Shown: piece after piece, positions 1-11,030 of the stretch
Layout of the letters: each line of letters opens with the position of its first letter
Numbering within the stretch: position 1 is the first letter of the stretch
Origin: Octopus vulgaris
Lineage: Eukaryota
Assembly: GCA_951406725.2 (NCBI GenBank)
Contig: OX597816.1
Location: forward strand, 87,544,001-87,608,000
Length of the DNA stretch: 64,000 nt
Direction of reading: 5' to 3'
Notes under the pieces: model-generated
The model's input: only the letters and a program-made list of their open reading frames with translations
Databases searched by the model: none
Told to the model about the DNA's origin: nothing
Position numbers and translations under genes: made by a program

Positions 1-149
1 ATACGACAACTTTAACATAAAATAACTTCTAAAATATGAAATTTTGTCAAAAAATGGAAAGTAAACTGTGTTCAGCATGAGAAATTACACCAGTATATGA
101 AGTTTCAAACTGTTTAGTTAAAAAAAAATAATTAAAAAATCTGTGAACG

Positions 150-386
150 AAACTGAAGAGATCTGGCAAGTGTTTTGGGTTAACCAAGCTCATTGTATAT
201 GTGTGGGTTTGTGTTTGTCCTCCACCATCACTTGATAACTGATGTTGGTGTGTTTGCATCCCCCATGAACTAGCGCTTCAGTAAAAGATACCGATAGAAT
301 AAATACCAGGCTGGGATCAATTCATTCCACTAAAATTCTTCACGGTAGTGCCCCAGCATGGCCTCAGCCTAATGACTAAAACCAGT
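150..386 (+). mobile_element. 5'-truncated, decayed family-A tRNA-derived SINE
   Basis: 3' half of the family-A motif (tgtgtttgtcctccaccatcacttgataac...gtgccccagcatggcctcagcctaatgactaaaac) seen in the full copy at 47563. Confidence 0.75.
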
Positions 387-1199
387 AACAAAAAAAAAAA
401 AGAAAGAAAAATCAGAGTTTAGTTGATACCATTGCTGGCAGTATTTCACTGGCACTTTATTGATAAAAGATAATACCAACAATAAAAAGCTTGAATGAAT
501 ACTATAAGGCATTTTGTCTCATGCCCTAATGAGAGTCCAATGCTCTCAATGAATATAGTCTTAGACACACTCACTGACATAAAAATAAAAAAATTCCACA
601 TAATGAAACCAATAAGCACACTCAGTCACAAACACACACACACACACTCTCTCTCTCTCTCTCTTTCCCCCTATATCCCCTCAAAACTCTGCTAATTCAC
701 ATGTGTCTGTCATCTGGAGATGCTATTATTCTGACTTGTCTTCCACATTTTTTTAATGGGGTGAACAGTTTGGTAAAGGGTGGGTAGAGTGCCTGGCAGG
801 TGGTGTGGGGTATGTACATATGGTTCTTCCTGTCTGTATGCATTATGCACCTGTGCATGTATTTTACACAAGTGTGAGTGTGCACATATGCATATATATA
901 TAATACATAGACACATACACACATACACATGGGTATATATATATATACATGCTCGTATGTATACATACATATCTCAATATGTATGTCTTTTAATGATTGC
1001 ATGCCTGTGTAGCTTACACATGCATGTTTGTGTGTGTGTATGTGTGATTGTAAATATGTTTTGGAAGAAGCTTGCTGCTCTGTTCCAATTCTATTGTATT
1101 ATAATATTATATCCTTGTGGTGTGCCTTTCAAGAAACCAGAAACCCAGAAAGGTCATCCAGGGGCCAAGTGTGTTCTTTATATGTAGGTCATCTTCTTA

Positions 1200-1207
1200 G
1201 TCTACTA

Positions 1208-1248
<41 letters not shown>

Positions 1249-1306
1249 ACTACTACTACTACTACTACTACTGTTGCTGCTGCTGCTGCTACTACTACTA
1301 CTACTA
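1200..1306. repeat. Compound (CTA)n/(CTG)n microsatellite
   Basis: Read directly; source of the poly-Leu ORF. Confidence 0.95.
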
Positions 1307-1924
1307 TATTTACACTTCCATTTCCACCCCTATTCACCTGTTTTATTTGTTGCTTTTGATTTATGTCCCTTATTTATTATTAGTTGAATGGATGGACAGA
1401 TGTAGAACAAGAGAGTGGAGGACAGAATGATAGACTGCTTCCTAGTTACCATTCTGGTCTGGTACATTGATTGTGTCCATGAAGACAATAATGATGATTG
1501 CTGAATTGAGGGTGGTTTTTATAAATCATGGGGGGAGGGGTGTATTGGTTGGGGGTGCCACTACACTGTTTTTTTTTTTCTTTTTGTTTTTTGGGTTGTG
1601 TTGGCAGTTGAAACATTAGCAATGATGGTGTTAGTGGCATGTCTTTGACAAGTCAGTGAAGTGTGTCTCAGAGAGAGAGAGAGTGAGTGGGTGCAGTGGG
1701 GGTGGGGGGAAATGAAAGGCTAAGAAATTTCTGTCATGAAAGCTCTTGTGTGTGTGTGTGTGTTTAAAGACTTGAAAATTTTTTTTTAATTTATTGTACA
1801 GAGCCTGCCTGGAGACAACCAACTAGTTGCAACTAGTAAATAAACCCCACTACCATCTACTACTACTACCACCACCACAACCAACATTACTGCTACAGTC
1901 AACTCCATTATCAATCAATCACTG

Positions 1925-2032
1925 CATCCACCACCACCACCACCACCATCACAACCACCACCATCACCACTACTACTACTACTACTACTACTGCTACTAC
2001 TACTACTACTACTACTGTTGCTGCTGCTGCTG

Positions 2033-2091
<59 letters not shown>
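1925..2091. repeat. Compound (CAC)n/(TAC)n/(TGC)n microsatellite
   Basis: Read directly; source of the poly-His/Tyr ORF. Confidence 0.95.
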
Positions 2092-2095
<4 letters not shown>

Positions 2096-2473
2096 GTATT
2101 TCTTCCAATTTTTCTTTTGCTTTAGTAGTGCTGCTCTAAGTGTTACCATGAAAACAATAGGAGAATTAAATTTCATGCCTACTAACAAACTGTCACTTGA
2201 CCTCTTGTATAGAGTGTGTAAGCAGCTGAAATAAATCCCCTATCAACTAACTCATTATTGACTATTCAAAACCAGGACCCATCCTCTTTATTTATTTTTT
2301 TTTTATCTTAGTGAATTTGGAGACTTAGTACCTGTCTGTGTAATCTATTCCCCTTCTGGGCTTTAGAGTAGGCCAGAAGGAAAGGGAAAATGTGTTTAGA
2401 ATGGGTTACTCATCATTAGATGTCTCTGATGAAGATTGATTAGTTTATTTATTTACTTTGGTTCCAACACATC

Positions 2474-2520
<47 letters not shown>

Positions 2521-2523
<3 letters not shown>

Positions 2524-2888
2524 GGTATGTAGAAAAATACAACATGGACAAGAACGTATAACTCTTAGAAGACGACACAATAAACACGGACAGGACATTC
2601 GAAACCCTCAGTCTTCAGTCAAGAACCGGATCATCGTAGTAATTTCGGCTGATTAATCTTGAGATTACTAGATCACGGCCACCCTCAAGAAAAACCAAGC
2701 AACGAGCATTAGAAAACTAAGCTGGAAGCGTAGATTTCCTGGAAGAAGGATCGAATGCATACGAACACCAGGACAGCAAAAGGGACAGATATAAAAAACA
2801 AAAAACAATAATGGAATACAGAAACATGAAATACAGAAGCATTAACGGTGAAAACAACAGTGTCTTACGACTGATAACAAGCAAACAA
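2521..2888. mobile_element. Probable Penelope-like element terminal-repeat remnant between (TA)n tracts
   Basis: CpG-richer block with strong purine skew, bounded by (TA)n and abutting the hammerhead-bearing fold-back; family assignment is inference. Confidence 0.4.
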
Positions 2889-2968
2889 ATATATATATCT
2901 AAATGTGAAACAAGGTGGAAAAAAAAGAGTACTCAAATACCAGTGGTAGAGTAATATGCTTTATTTAA

Positions 2969-3025
2969 CCCTTTTGTTACTAACCCGGCCAAAACCGGCT
3001 CTGGCTCTGTGGTAAAATGTCTTGT
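2969..3025 (+). mobile_element. piggyBac-type MITE end fragment inserted at TTAA
   Basis: ttaa-cccttttgttactaacccggcc...gtcttgt-ttaa; matches the reverse complement of the end of the 14721-14946 element; absent from the partner arm of the fold-back. Confidence 0.7.
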
Positions 3026-3158
3026 TTAAAGCAGCAGAGTCAAATTCAACTAGTTTAATGATCTGTTACTCTGAGCATCTCAAAATTGCAGTCAAAAGGT
3101 TGCAGCAGTTCATCAGACAGTTTTTGTTAGAATGGAACCGATATATAGGTTCCATTCT

Positions 3159-3212
3159 AACAAAAACTGTCTGATGAACGGCAACGAGAAACTCAGAGTA
3201 ACAGATTTTGTT
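3159..3212 (+). ncRNA. Minimal type I hammerhead ribozyme motif
   Basis: Stem I aacaaaaactgt/acagattttgtt; CUGAUGA 3171-3177; stem II (a)cg-GCAA-cg(a); GAAAC 3188-3192; GUA cleavage triplet 3198-3200. Confidence 0.75.
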
Positions 3213-3330
3213 GAATTTTCTGCTGCTTTAAATAAAGCATATATATATATATATATATATAAAATTTTGATAGAAATGGTAAGACAACAAAAGAGGGAAA
3301 GAGAAAGAGACCTTGATATAATGTTCTGTA

Positions 3331-3384
<54 letters not shown>

Positions 3385-3424
3385 GTTTTGCATAATGACT
3401 TACATAGATGGAAGATATTATTAA

Positions 3425-3458
3425 TCTAATAATTATTTTTATTCTTTTTCAGGTGAGT
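3425..3458 (+). other. Candidate recursive splice site (zero-length exon, AG|GT at 3452/3453)
   Basis: Branch-like tctaat, tract ttattttattctttttc, CAG directly followed by consensus donor GTGAGT. Confidence 0.5.
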
Positions 3459-3491
3459 GAGATTCATCTAATCCTGAGTTTTATATATGTG

Positions 3492-3541
<50 letters not shown>

Positions 3542-3739
3542 TAAGCTGAGGTATGTCGGAATTTTTTTCTTTACTATTTTATCTCAAAGTGCACCTCCTT
3601 TCAAAATTTTAATAATTCAACAGAAAAGTAGTTTTAGACAGAAAGCCACTATTGCTTAGCAACCTTGGAAGAATGAAATGCAAAGTTGACCCTGCTTGGA
3701 TTTGAACTCAGAATTATTATTACTATTAATAATAATAAT

Positions 3740-3952
3740 AATCCTTTCTACTATAGACGTAAGGCTTGGAATTTGCGAGGAGGGAACTAGTCAATTACCC
3801 AGTGTTTCACTGGTACTTAATTTATCAACCTTGAGAGGATGAAAGGCTAAAGTCAACCTTGGTGGAATTTGAACTCAGAATGTAGTGACAGGCAAAATAT
3901 CGCTAAGTATTTCTTTCATCCAGTATGCTAACAATTCTTCTAGCTCACCACC

Positions 3953-3953
<1 letters not shown>
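3740..3953 (-). mobile_element. Family-B SINE (central gtcgactttgcctttcatcc...gataaa domain)
   Basis: Reverse-complement match to the young copy at 34567-34797; (AAT)n flanks. Confidence 0.85.
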
Positions 3954-3985
<32 letters not shown>

Positions 3986-3986
<1 letters not shown>

Positions 3987-4307
3987 GAGCACTAAGAGGG
4001 TGCAAACATCTGCCAATGCAACACCAACGACCTTTCAATGATTAGCCAGAGATGATTTTTAAAATGAGAATATCTGACTGCTCTCACAAATGAGAATACT
4101 AAAAATGAACCCGGCTTCTTTCAAAAATGAAGTGCAAAAAGAAACAGGAAAAATAATCCAGAATCTAATCAATTTGTGTCAGTCATGAGGCCAAAGATCC
4201 CTGAAAGTTTCATTCAAATCCATCCAGTGGTTCATGAGATATCTTGTCCACAGACAAACAAATACGAATGAAAACAATACCTCTGCCATCGCTAAGGTGA
4301 AGGTAAT
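3986..4307 (+). mobile_element. Non-autonomous Helentron/HINE (DINE-1-like) element
   Basis: 5' agagcactaagagggtgcaaacatctgccaa; internal aaagtttcattcaaatccatccagtggttcatgagatatc and acagacaaac; 3' hairpin tacctctgcc...ggtgaaggta; inserted in (AAT)n. Confidence 0.7.
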
Positions 4308-4336
4308 AATAATAATAATAATATCAATAATAATAG

Positions 4337-4552
4337 TCCTTTCTACAGAAGGCACAAGATCTGAAATTTGGTACTGAAGGGACTAGCCGATTACATGAAC
4401 CCCAGTGTCTCACTGGTACTTAATTCATTGAACCTGAAAGAATGAAAGGCAAAGTCGACCTTGGTGGAATTTGAAATTAGAATGTAGCGATGGGCGAAAT
4501 TGCCCTTAACATTTCGTCCAGCGTGCTAATGATTATGCCAGCTCACCACCTT
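4337..4552 (-). mobile_element. Family-B SINE
   Basis: Second copy, aligns with 3740-3953 and 34567-34797. Confidence 0.85.
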
Positions 4553-5084
4553 AATAATAATGATAATTATAATAATAGTAAACATCATCATTGCATTAAG
4601 TAAAGTACAGACATCTTGATGAAAATGTAAATAAACTTATATAATTAATATTTCGAATATTGCTAATTTGATAGGGGGACTTTGCATTAAACCCCACTGT
4701 GTAAAGAGTTCCTTGATAAAATCATAAAGTTCTCTTAGGGCAGTCTAACTGTGAAAATAATCTATTTTAAATAACTAATCAACACCAAACCATTTTGCCC
4801 ATTAAACATGAATGTAAAACATTAACAAAAACGAAAAAAAAAAGAGTGGATTGCTTGGAGTTTAAATCTTTGATTAGTGAGAAATTTTGCTCAAAAAGCA
4901 GATGACTGAAATTTTGAAAATCCTAAAATTTCCAGAGCTTCCTTGGATTCCGTTTCAGCCCTAGGATATCTATCAACCTGCTGCATGTTGTTGCTTGGTC
5001 CCAAGACATTCCTGATCAAATAGACTTATAATCAAGTAAATTCGATTTGACTATCATGTCTTTTAGGGTTTTTAGGACTAGATT

Positions 5085-5619
5085 ATTTAAATCAGCCATA
5101 TCCAACCAAAATATTCTGCTTATTTTTTGTTGAAATTGGACATATCCAGCTTACAATGTCATCCTAAAAGTAACATCTTTATCATTGAAATCTCAAAGCT
5201 GTGAGATAATGCATGATTAATTCAAAACAACATTAATAAATAAGCATTACATTGAACGCATATCTCAGTGGCTAGAGCGTTGGGCCCACAATTATGAGGC
5301 AGTGAGTTCAGTTCCTAGACCGGGCTGTGTGTTGTGTTCTTGAGAAAGACACTTTATTTCATATTGATCCAGTTCACTCAGCTGTAGAAATGAACTGCGA
5401 TGCTACTAGTGCCAAAGCTGTATTGTTCTTTGCATTTCCATTAGATAACGTCGGTGGTGTTGAAAGAGGAGGATGGTATGCATGGGTGACTGCTGGTCTT
5501 CCATAAACAACCTTGCCTGGACTTTCTAGGTGCAATTCCATGGTCACTCATGAGTGAAAAGGGTATTTACCCTTTACCCTTTTATATTTGACAGAGTAAT
5601 CCGAATGCTAAAAGGTTAA
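5085..5619 (-). mobile_element. piggyBac-type MITE interrupted by a SINE
   Basis: 5085-5253 and 5583-5619 are the reverse complement of the 42951-43167 MITE; ends tgctaaaagg-ttaa. Confidence 0.7.
5254..5582 (+). mobile_element. Family-C-type tRNA-derived SINE nested in the MITE
   Basis: A-box-like ctcagtggctagagc, B-box-like gagttcagttcc, gttgtgttcttgagaaagacactttatttc domain, (ttaccct)n tail. Confidence 0.75.
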
Positions 5620-5697
5620 TGTATCCTTCCTCTTTTATGTCAATTAGGTTTAATTTTGGGGTTGGCTTATAAGTTAAGTTTCAATAAATGAAACAGG

Positions 5698-5965
5698 TGC
5701 AGGGGTGGCTGTGTGGTAAGTAGCTTGCTAACCAACCACACGGTTGCGGGTTCAGTCCCACTGCGTGGCATCTTGGGCAAGTGTCTTCTGCTATAGCCCC
5801 GGGCCGACCAATGCCTTGTGAGTGGATTTGGTAGACGGAAACTGAAAGAAGCCTGTCGTATATATGTATATATATGTATATGTGTGTGTGTCTGTGTTTG
5901 TCCCCCTAGCATTGCTTGACAACCGATGCTGGTGTGTTTACGTCCCCGTCACTTAGCGGTTCGGC
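5698..5965 (+). mobile_element. 3'-truncated family-A SINE with 34-bp flanking duplication
   Basis: tRNA-like head tggctgtgtggtaag...ggttcagtccc; flanks 5664-5697 and 5963-5996 are identical. Confidence 0.9.
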
Positions 5966-6017
5966 TTATAAGTTAAGTTTCAATAAATGAAACAGGCCTT
6001 TTTTTTTCTTCGAATTT

Positions 6018-6295
6018 ATGCAGGCATAGCCGTGTGGTTGAGAAGCATCCTTCCCAACCATGTAGTCTTTGGCTGAGTCCCATTTTGTGCCATTTTGAGC
6101 AAGTGTCTTTTACTATAGCCCCAAACTGACCATGGTTTTGTGAGTCAATTTTGTCGATGGAAACTGAAAGAAGCTCATCCTGTATATATATGTATGGGTT
6201 GGTGACAGAAAGGGCATCTGGTCATAGAAAAATCTGCTTCGAAAAATTCTGTCTGAAGCATGGAAAAGTGGACATTAAATTGACGAAGATGATGG
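6018..6295 (+). mobile_element. Decayed family-A-headed SINE with RTE-type tail
   Basis: Family-A head and body, then gggcatctggtcatagaaa...agcatggaaaagtggacattaaa-(gat)n. Confidence 0.65.
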
Positions 6296-6897
6296 TGACA
6301 ACATTCACCGTCTGTTTTCTTAACTTGAATTCTTAAATTACTCGACATTTACCTTAATTCTCTTGGCCACCACCACTCACCAAGCAGTTAGCTTTATTTT
6401 AGCCTAGGGCAGGGTAGGAGAGTAGGGGGGGATTGTTAGTTTCCTGATTGTTTCATCAAGGTAAATAATTGTATTTGGGGGTTCAGAGTCTTTCACTACT
6501 CTCTCTCTCTCTCACACTCTTCCATGATGCTGTTGGCAATAGTATGTATTCCTAGGGTGTATATAAACAGACCTTGGCTTTCATGTACATGTTTGTATGT
6601 GCGCACGTGTCTGTCATTTTGCATTTGTTTTTGCGTGCGTCATTGCATACTCAGAAGTTAGTGTATGTATATGTGTATTTGTGTGTGTTTCTGCATGTTA
6701 CTCTTTGCAGCTGTAGGAATGACAGTGTATGTATCTATGTATGACCTCCACTTAGATATTTGATTCAGAGGCTGTTGCACTATCTGCTGACAAGTGTGCA
6801 TGTGCATATGAGTATGCATGTGGTTTGCAGCTCTCTTGAGTATTACTGTGTGTAAGTGATGTTTGCAGCTATGCCTATGTTACTGTTTGTGCATGTG

Positions 6898-6928
<31 letters not shown>

Positions 6929-7677
6929 CTGTGTGTGCACGCATGTGTAACATCATGTTATGACACTGACACACTATGATGCTTAACATGATCTCATGAC
7001 CTGTACACATGTGCACCTCTTTGTTTAGTGTGTTTGATAACTGTGTATATCTTTGTTAGGCTAATCATTCCAGAGTGTGTACTGCGTTCGTAGTGATGAA
7101 TGGTACCGACCTTCTGCATGCTATAAACAACAGAAACATTGCTATATTGTTTGCGAGGCTTTCCTGATAAGAGACAAACAAAAACAGGCCATTTGCGATG
7201 TGAAGGGTGGGATTGTCTGGTCATTTCTGGTCTAGGAGAGAGAGAGATGATGGAAGATAGTAAGGGTGTGGAAGATATAGGTCGAATGAAGGGGTGCAAC
7301 AGTAACCATCATCTTGCTGGGATGGTTGCAGCCATCGAGGTGGTAGAAGTGGTGGGGTTTGTGTTTAACAAAAAAGAAAAGAAAAATGAAGACAGGAATG
7401 CGTTTACTATGATCCCGTTGTATCCTTGAGAAAAGCAAGGTTCTCTTTGTCCTGTTGCTTGCTTTCTAGTTCATCATCATCATCATATTCATTTAGTGTT
7501 GGGGTAGTATTGGGTAAACAACATCATATGATAACAACAATAACGTCAACAAAGAACAAAAATGGAGTTAAACACTCATTGATACATGTATGTATAACAT
7601 ATACATATAATACACATATAATACACATACACGCATACAAACACACACACACACACTCACATATTATCTATGTATAT

Positions 7678-7927
7678 ATTGAGTTGTCCGGAAAGTTCGT
7701 GCCGATTTATAGTAGCTTGCCTTTCAACTTATTTTAGAACATGGTTGAGTCCATAAAATAGGATTTGACTACACCTCCATTTAGAGAGCACACGTTGAGC
7801 TATCTTTTTGTGGTTTATGTTCCTATAACCTTTTCGTACGTTTATGTTCCTATAACCTGTGTTATTTCTGTAACCCTTTAAAATGGAAGATAAGAAAGTT
7901 CATTTTCGGCACTTGATGCTTTGGGAA
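7678..7927 (+). mobile_element. 5' end of a mariner transposon (TIR plus transposase start), truncated
   Basis: TA then ttgagttgtccggaaagttcgtgccgattt (mariner-type TIR); ATG at 7883 gives MEDKKVHFRHLMLWE, typical of a mariner N-terminus; internal gtttatgttcctataacct duplication. Confidence 0.75.
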
Positions 7928-8254
7928 CCAGTCAAAAATTGCTGCAGCTCCTAGGATGAACTAGGAGACCATCAAGCTCTGGAATGATACAGACAGACTC
8001 TCCCCTTTATATCTTTGAAGTATGTAGATATGTGTGTGTATGTGTTTGAGAATCAACATCTATATGTTGTTTTTGAATTCAAAAATAGTGCATGAAGGTC
8101 TATGACCTCTCGCTTATATTCTTTGACAGTTTCTTCTTCTTGACCCTGAGGTTGTTTGTTTTTTTAAATAAATGAAAAATATAAATGTTTGCATTGAATT
8201 ACACACAGAAGAGATAAACTGTATACAAGAGCTATCAGTTATGATGTGCAAGAG

Positions 8255-8600
8255 AGAACATTTGCTGGTAATGACACGTGATGTGTATAGAATGGTGACA
8301 TTTGGGTAAAGAAGAACAAGATGAGTCTTTCTGAATGGCTTGCCTAACAAAAAAGAAAATCTTGAAATTTTTTAGTTGTAAGACCTGCCTGATGATGAGT
8401 CCTGTCTCATGTAGCCTGTTCTTGGCAAAGGTTGCTTTTGTCTGATCGAAATGATAACAATCTGCGGATGAAGAAGACAAGAGGCAAAATGGGGAAAACT
8501 AATTTCTGGAGGTTAAATTTCAAGAAAGAGAGAGCAGTGGATACGGCAAGTGAATAATGAGACGCTGCAATGGAGGAAGACATATCCAACCTATGCAAAC
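8255..8600 (+). pseudogene. Old RTE LINE 3' remnant
   Basis: gtgcaagagaga...tggtaatgacacgtgatgtgtat...gtaaagaag aligns with 63661-63730 (VQER..W.GHV..M); ends tccaacctatgc like the RTE tail. Confidence 0.55.
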
Positions 8601-8654
8601 TCCAATGTATTTATTTAGTCCAGCATTCACTTGATTAGAGAACATGATCTAATT

Positions 8655-8730
8655 AGCACGCTGGGCGAAATGCTTAGCGGTATTTCGTCTGCTGCTACAT
8701 TCTGAGTTCAAATTCCGCCAAGGTTGACTT
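8655..8730 (+). mobile_element. Internal family-B SINE fragment with 49-bp flanking duplication
   Basis: Near-identical to 34592-34668; flanks 8606-8654 and 8731-8779 are identical. Confidence 0.9.
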
Positions 8731-8814
8731 TGTATTTATTTAGTCCAGCATTCACTTGATTAGAGAACATGATCTAATTTTGTTGTTGAAAGTGTGTTGT
8801 TGTATTAATCATTA

Positions 8815-9065
8815 CCATCATCATCCTCCTTTAGTTTTCCATACCTGCATGGGTTGGACAGTTTAACCAGAGCTGGCAAGCTGGGAGCTATACTAAGTTC
8901 CAGTCTGATTTGGTTTGGTTTCTACAGCTGGAAACCTAATGCTAACCACTTTACACTGTGTGCTGGGTGCTTTTAATATGGTGCCAGAATGAGCTCTTTA
9001 ACATGGTGCTGACACAAATGTTTTCTATGTGGCACCAACATAAGTGCTTTTCATATGGCACCAAG
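8815..9065 (-). mobile_element. Decayed RTE-tailed short element (family E)
   Basis: tgcatgggttggacagttt...tttctacagctgga...gtgcttttaatatggtgcc. Confidence 0.7.
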
Positions 9066-9991
9066 TCAGAGCTCTTGCAGGCTAATCCTCTTCATCAGGA
9101 GGAGTGGCCTTCGAACTTCTGCAGTAGTGGATGGGTCTTCTTGAGTATTTCAGTCCTTTGTTATCTCATCTGAAAAGTTTCCAGTATATTACTGGTATTT
9201 TCTTGAATCACCTTTTACTCATGTCTACAAGAGAGATCAAGTAATGACAGGAAAAAAAAACCAAAAAACAAACATAAAATGAAAATACTTAGATGTTGAC
9301 CCATGAAGAATTTAGACTCACAAAAAAATGAAAGTATGAACTTGGAAATATTCAGACTGTGTGTTGTACTTATCGACTCTCTTCTATCTTGTTTCCTTTG
9401 GTAAACATTGATTACAGTAAATGCACAAAGCGCCACTACTCTATACCCCTCTCTATAAACCCACCTTCCTGTCTTATGCTTGGTCAGCTCCTCTACACCC
9501 AATCATGACCTCTCACCTCTGTGTTGTGTTTGTTCAAAATAATCACACATACACAGGAATACCCCTCCATACACATGTAGATGATTTGATCAGTACCTTT
9601 GCATGCAGAGTGGAACAGATGGAGAGGTGGGGGTTATGGGGTGAGTGTTTATTGGTTGTGCAAGCAGAGACACAGGGTGAATAGAGAAAGAACTATTCAA
9701 ACACATTTCCTGTCCTTGTTGTTGTTGTTGCATTGTTTGGTTGAGGATTTAAGGAAGGATTTAGAGATTGAAATCTAGAAAATTTGAAGCTTGGTTTGGC
9801 TTTTGTGTGTGTGTGCATGAGTTTACAAAAACACACATGTGTATGTACCCACTTGCGTACTGCGTACATATGTGTAATATGTAAATGTAATGAAACCTGA
9901 ATCACAGAAAACGAAAAATGAGATAAGATTGTTTGGCGCCACTGTTGTAATACCGATGACAATGGTGGTGGTAGTGGTGAAGGCGGTGTTG

Positions 9992-10022
<31 letters not shown>

Positions 10023-10993
10023 ATGCAGAAATTGTCCCTTATATGCTTTCTTGAAACAATACATTATACAGTGTTTGGAGGCAGTCAAGTGAGGATTAAA
10101 CATCAAAAATAAATAAATGAATAAACTATACAGTATATGTGTTGTTGCTTAGTTGCAGGTCAACCCCAATTTAGCTGACCCTATGTTCAAAAGTATATGT
10201 AAAGTGTATTGGTTATTAGAGCAAAAATCCCCAAGGGCCATGCATTACCTAATGTCCTTTTTTTTCTTCTTAGATTACCAAGTATAATTTGAAGGTGATT
10301 TTGCTGTTATTTCTAGTCACCAGGTCTCTACTTTGGCTCCTATTGTAATGTTGTTGATATGGCCTCAGGTCAGTTCCAGAAAGACCAGTTAACTGTAGCA
10401 ATCTAGCCTTGACCATTCCACCTTTTTTAGCATAATGTAAAGTGCTGCATTACACTACTTAATATTGCTTGTCTTTTACCTTTTATGAGAGTAAAATTGC
10501 ACTTAGTAGACATCTGGCTGCTATTTCTTGCATGACCAGTGACCACTTCTATATTTTATACTTATATATATATGTTTGTGTGTGTGAAGTATATTTGCCA
10601 CTTATATATATATATGTATATAATCTTTTCCTATCATAGTTTTCCCAAGAGACTGTTGTTGCTAATGGCAGTGGGATGAACCATGGACAGGATTTACCAG
10701 GGGAAACATGTAATTAAAAACTTGTCCATATGAATCCCATGAGGGTGGAGGCAGGGAGGATTTGAGAAATCAGTGGAGAATAACAAAAAGGCAACATTTA
10801 ATATCTCTTGACCTCCTTAACTAACAAAGCCATAAAGAGGCCTAACTTGACCCCAACATACCCTCTTAATTAATATCCCTGACACCAACCACTCAACTGC
10901 CCCTGTCACTCTTAGAAAAAACTCTCTTCACCTCAGATCTGACCTTATCTACTCTCCTCCTACCCTAAAATGGTAGTTGATATAAGGTCAGAT

Positions 10994-11030
<37 letters not shown>

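Larger units (their letters stand above)
2896..3242. mobile_element. Penelope-like fold-back (inverted) element with hammerhead motif
   Basis: Perfect 32-bp stem 3108-3139/3148-3179; imperfect pairing out to atgctttatttaa/ttaaataaagcat; (TA)n flanks; CTGATGA...GAAA core on the right arm. Confidence 0.75.

Noticed and set aside
1028-2096. Poly-Leu and poly-His/Tyr ORFs
   Set aside because: Trinucleotide microsatellites with no splice or homology support
8388-8455. CTGATGA followed later by GAAA
   Set aside because: No stem II closing onto the GAAA and no stem I; lies in a LINE remnant
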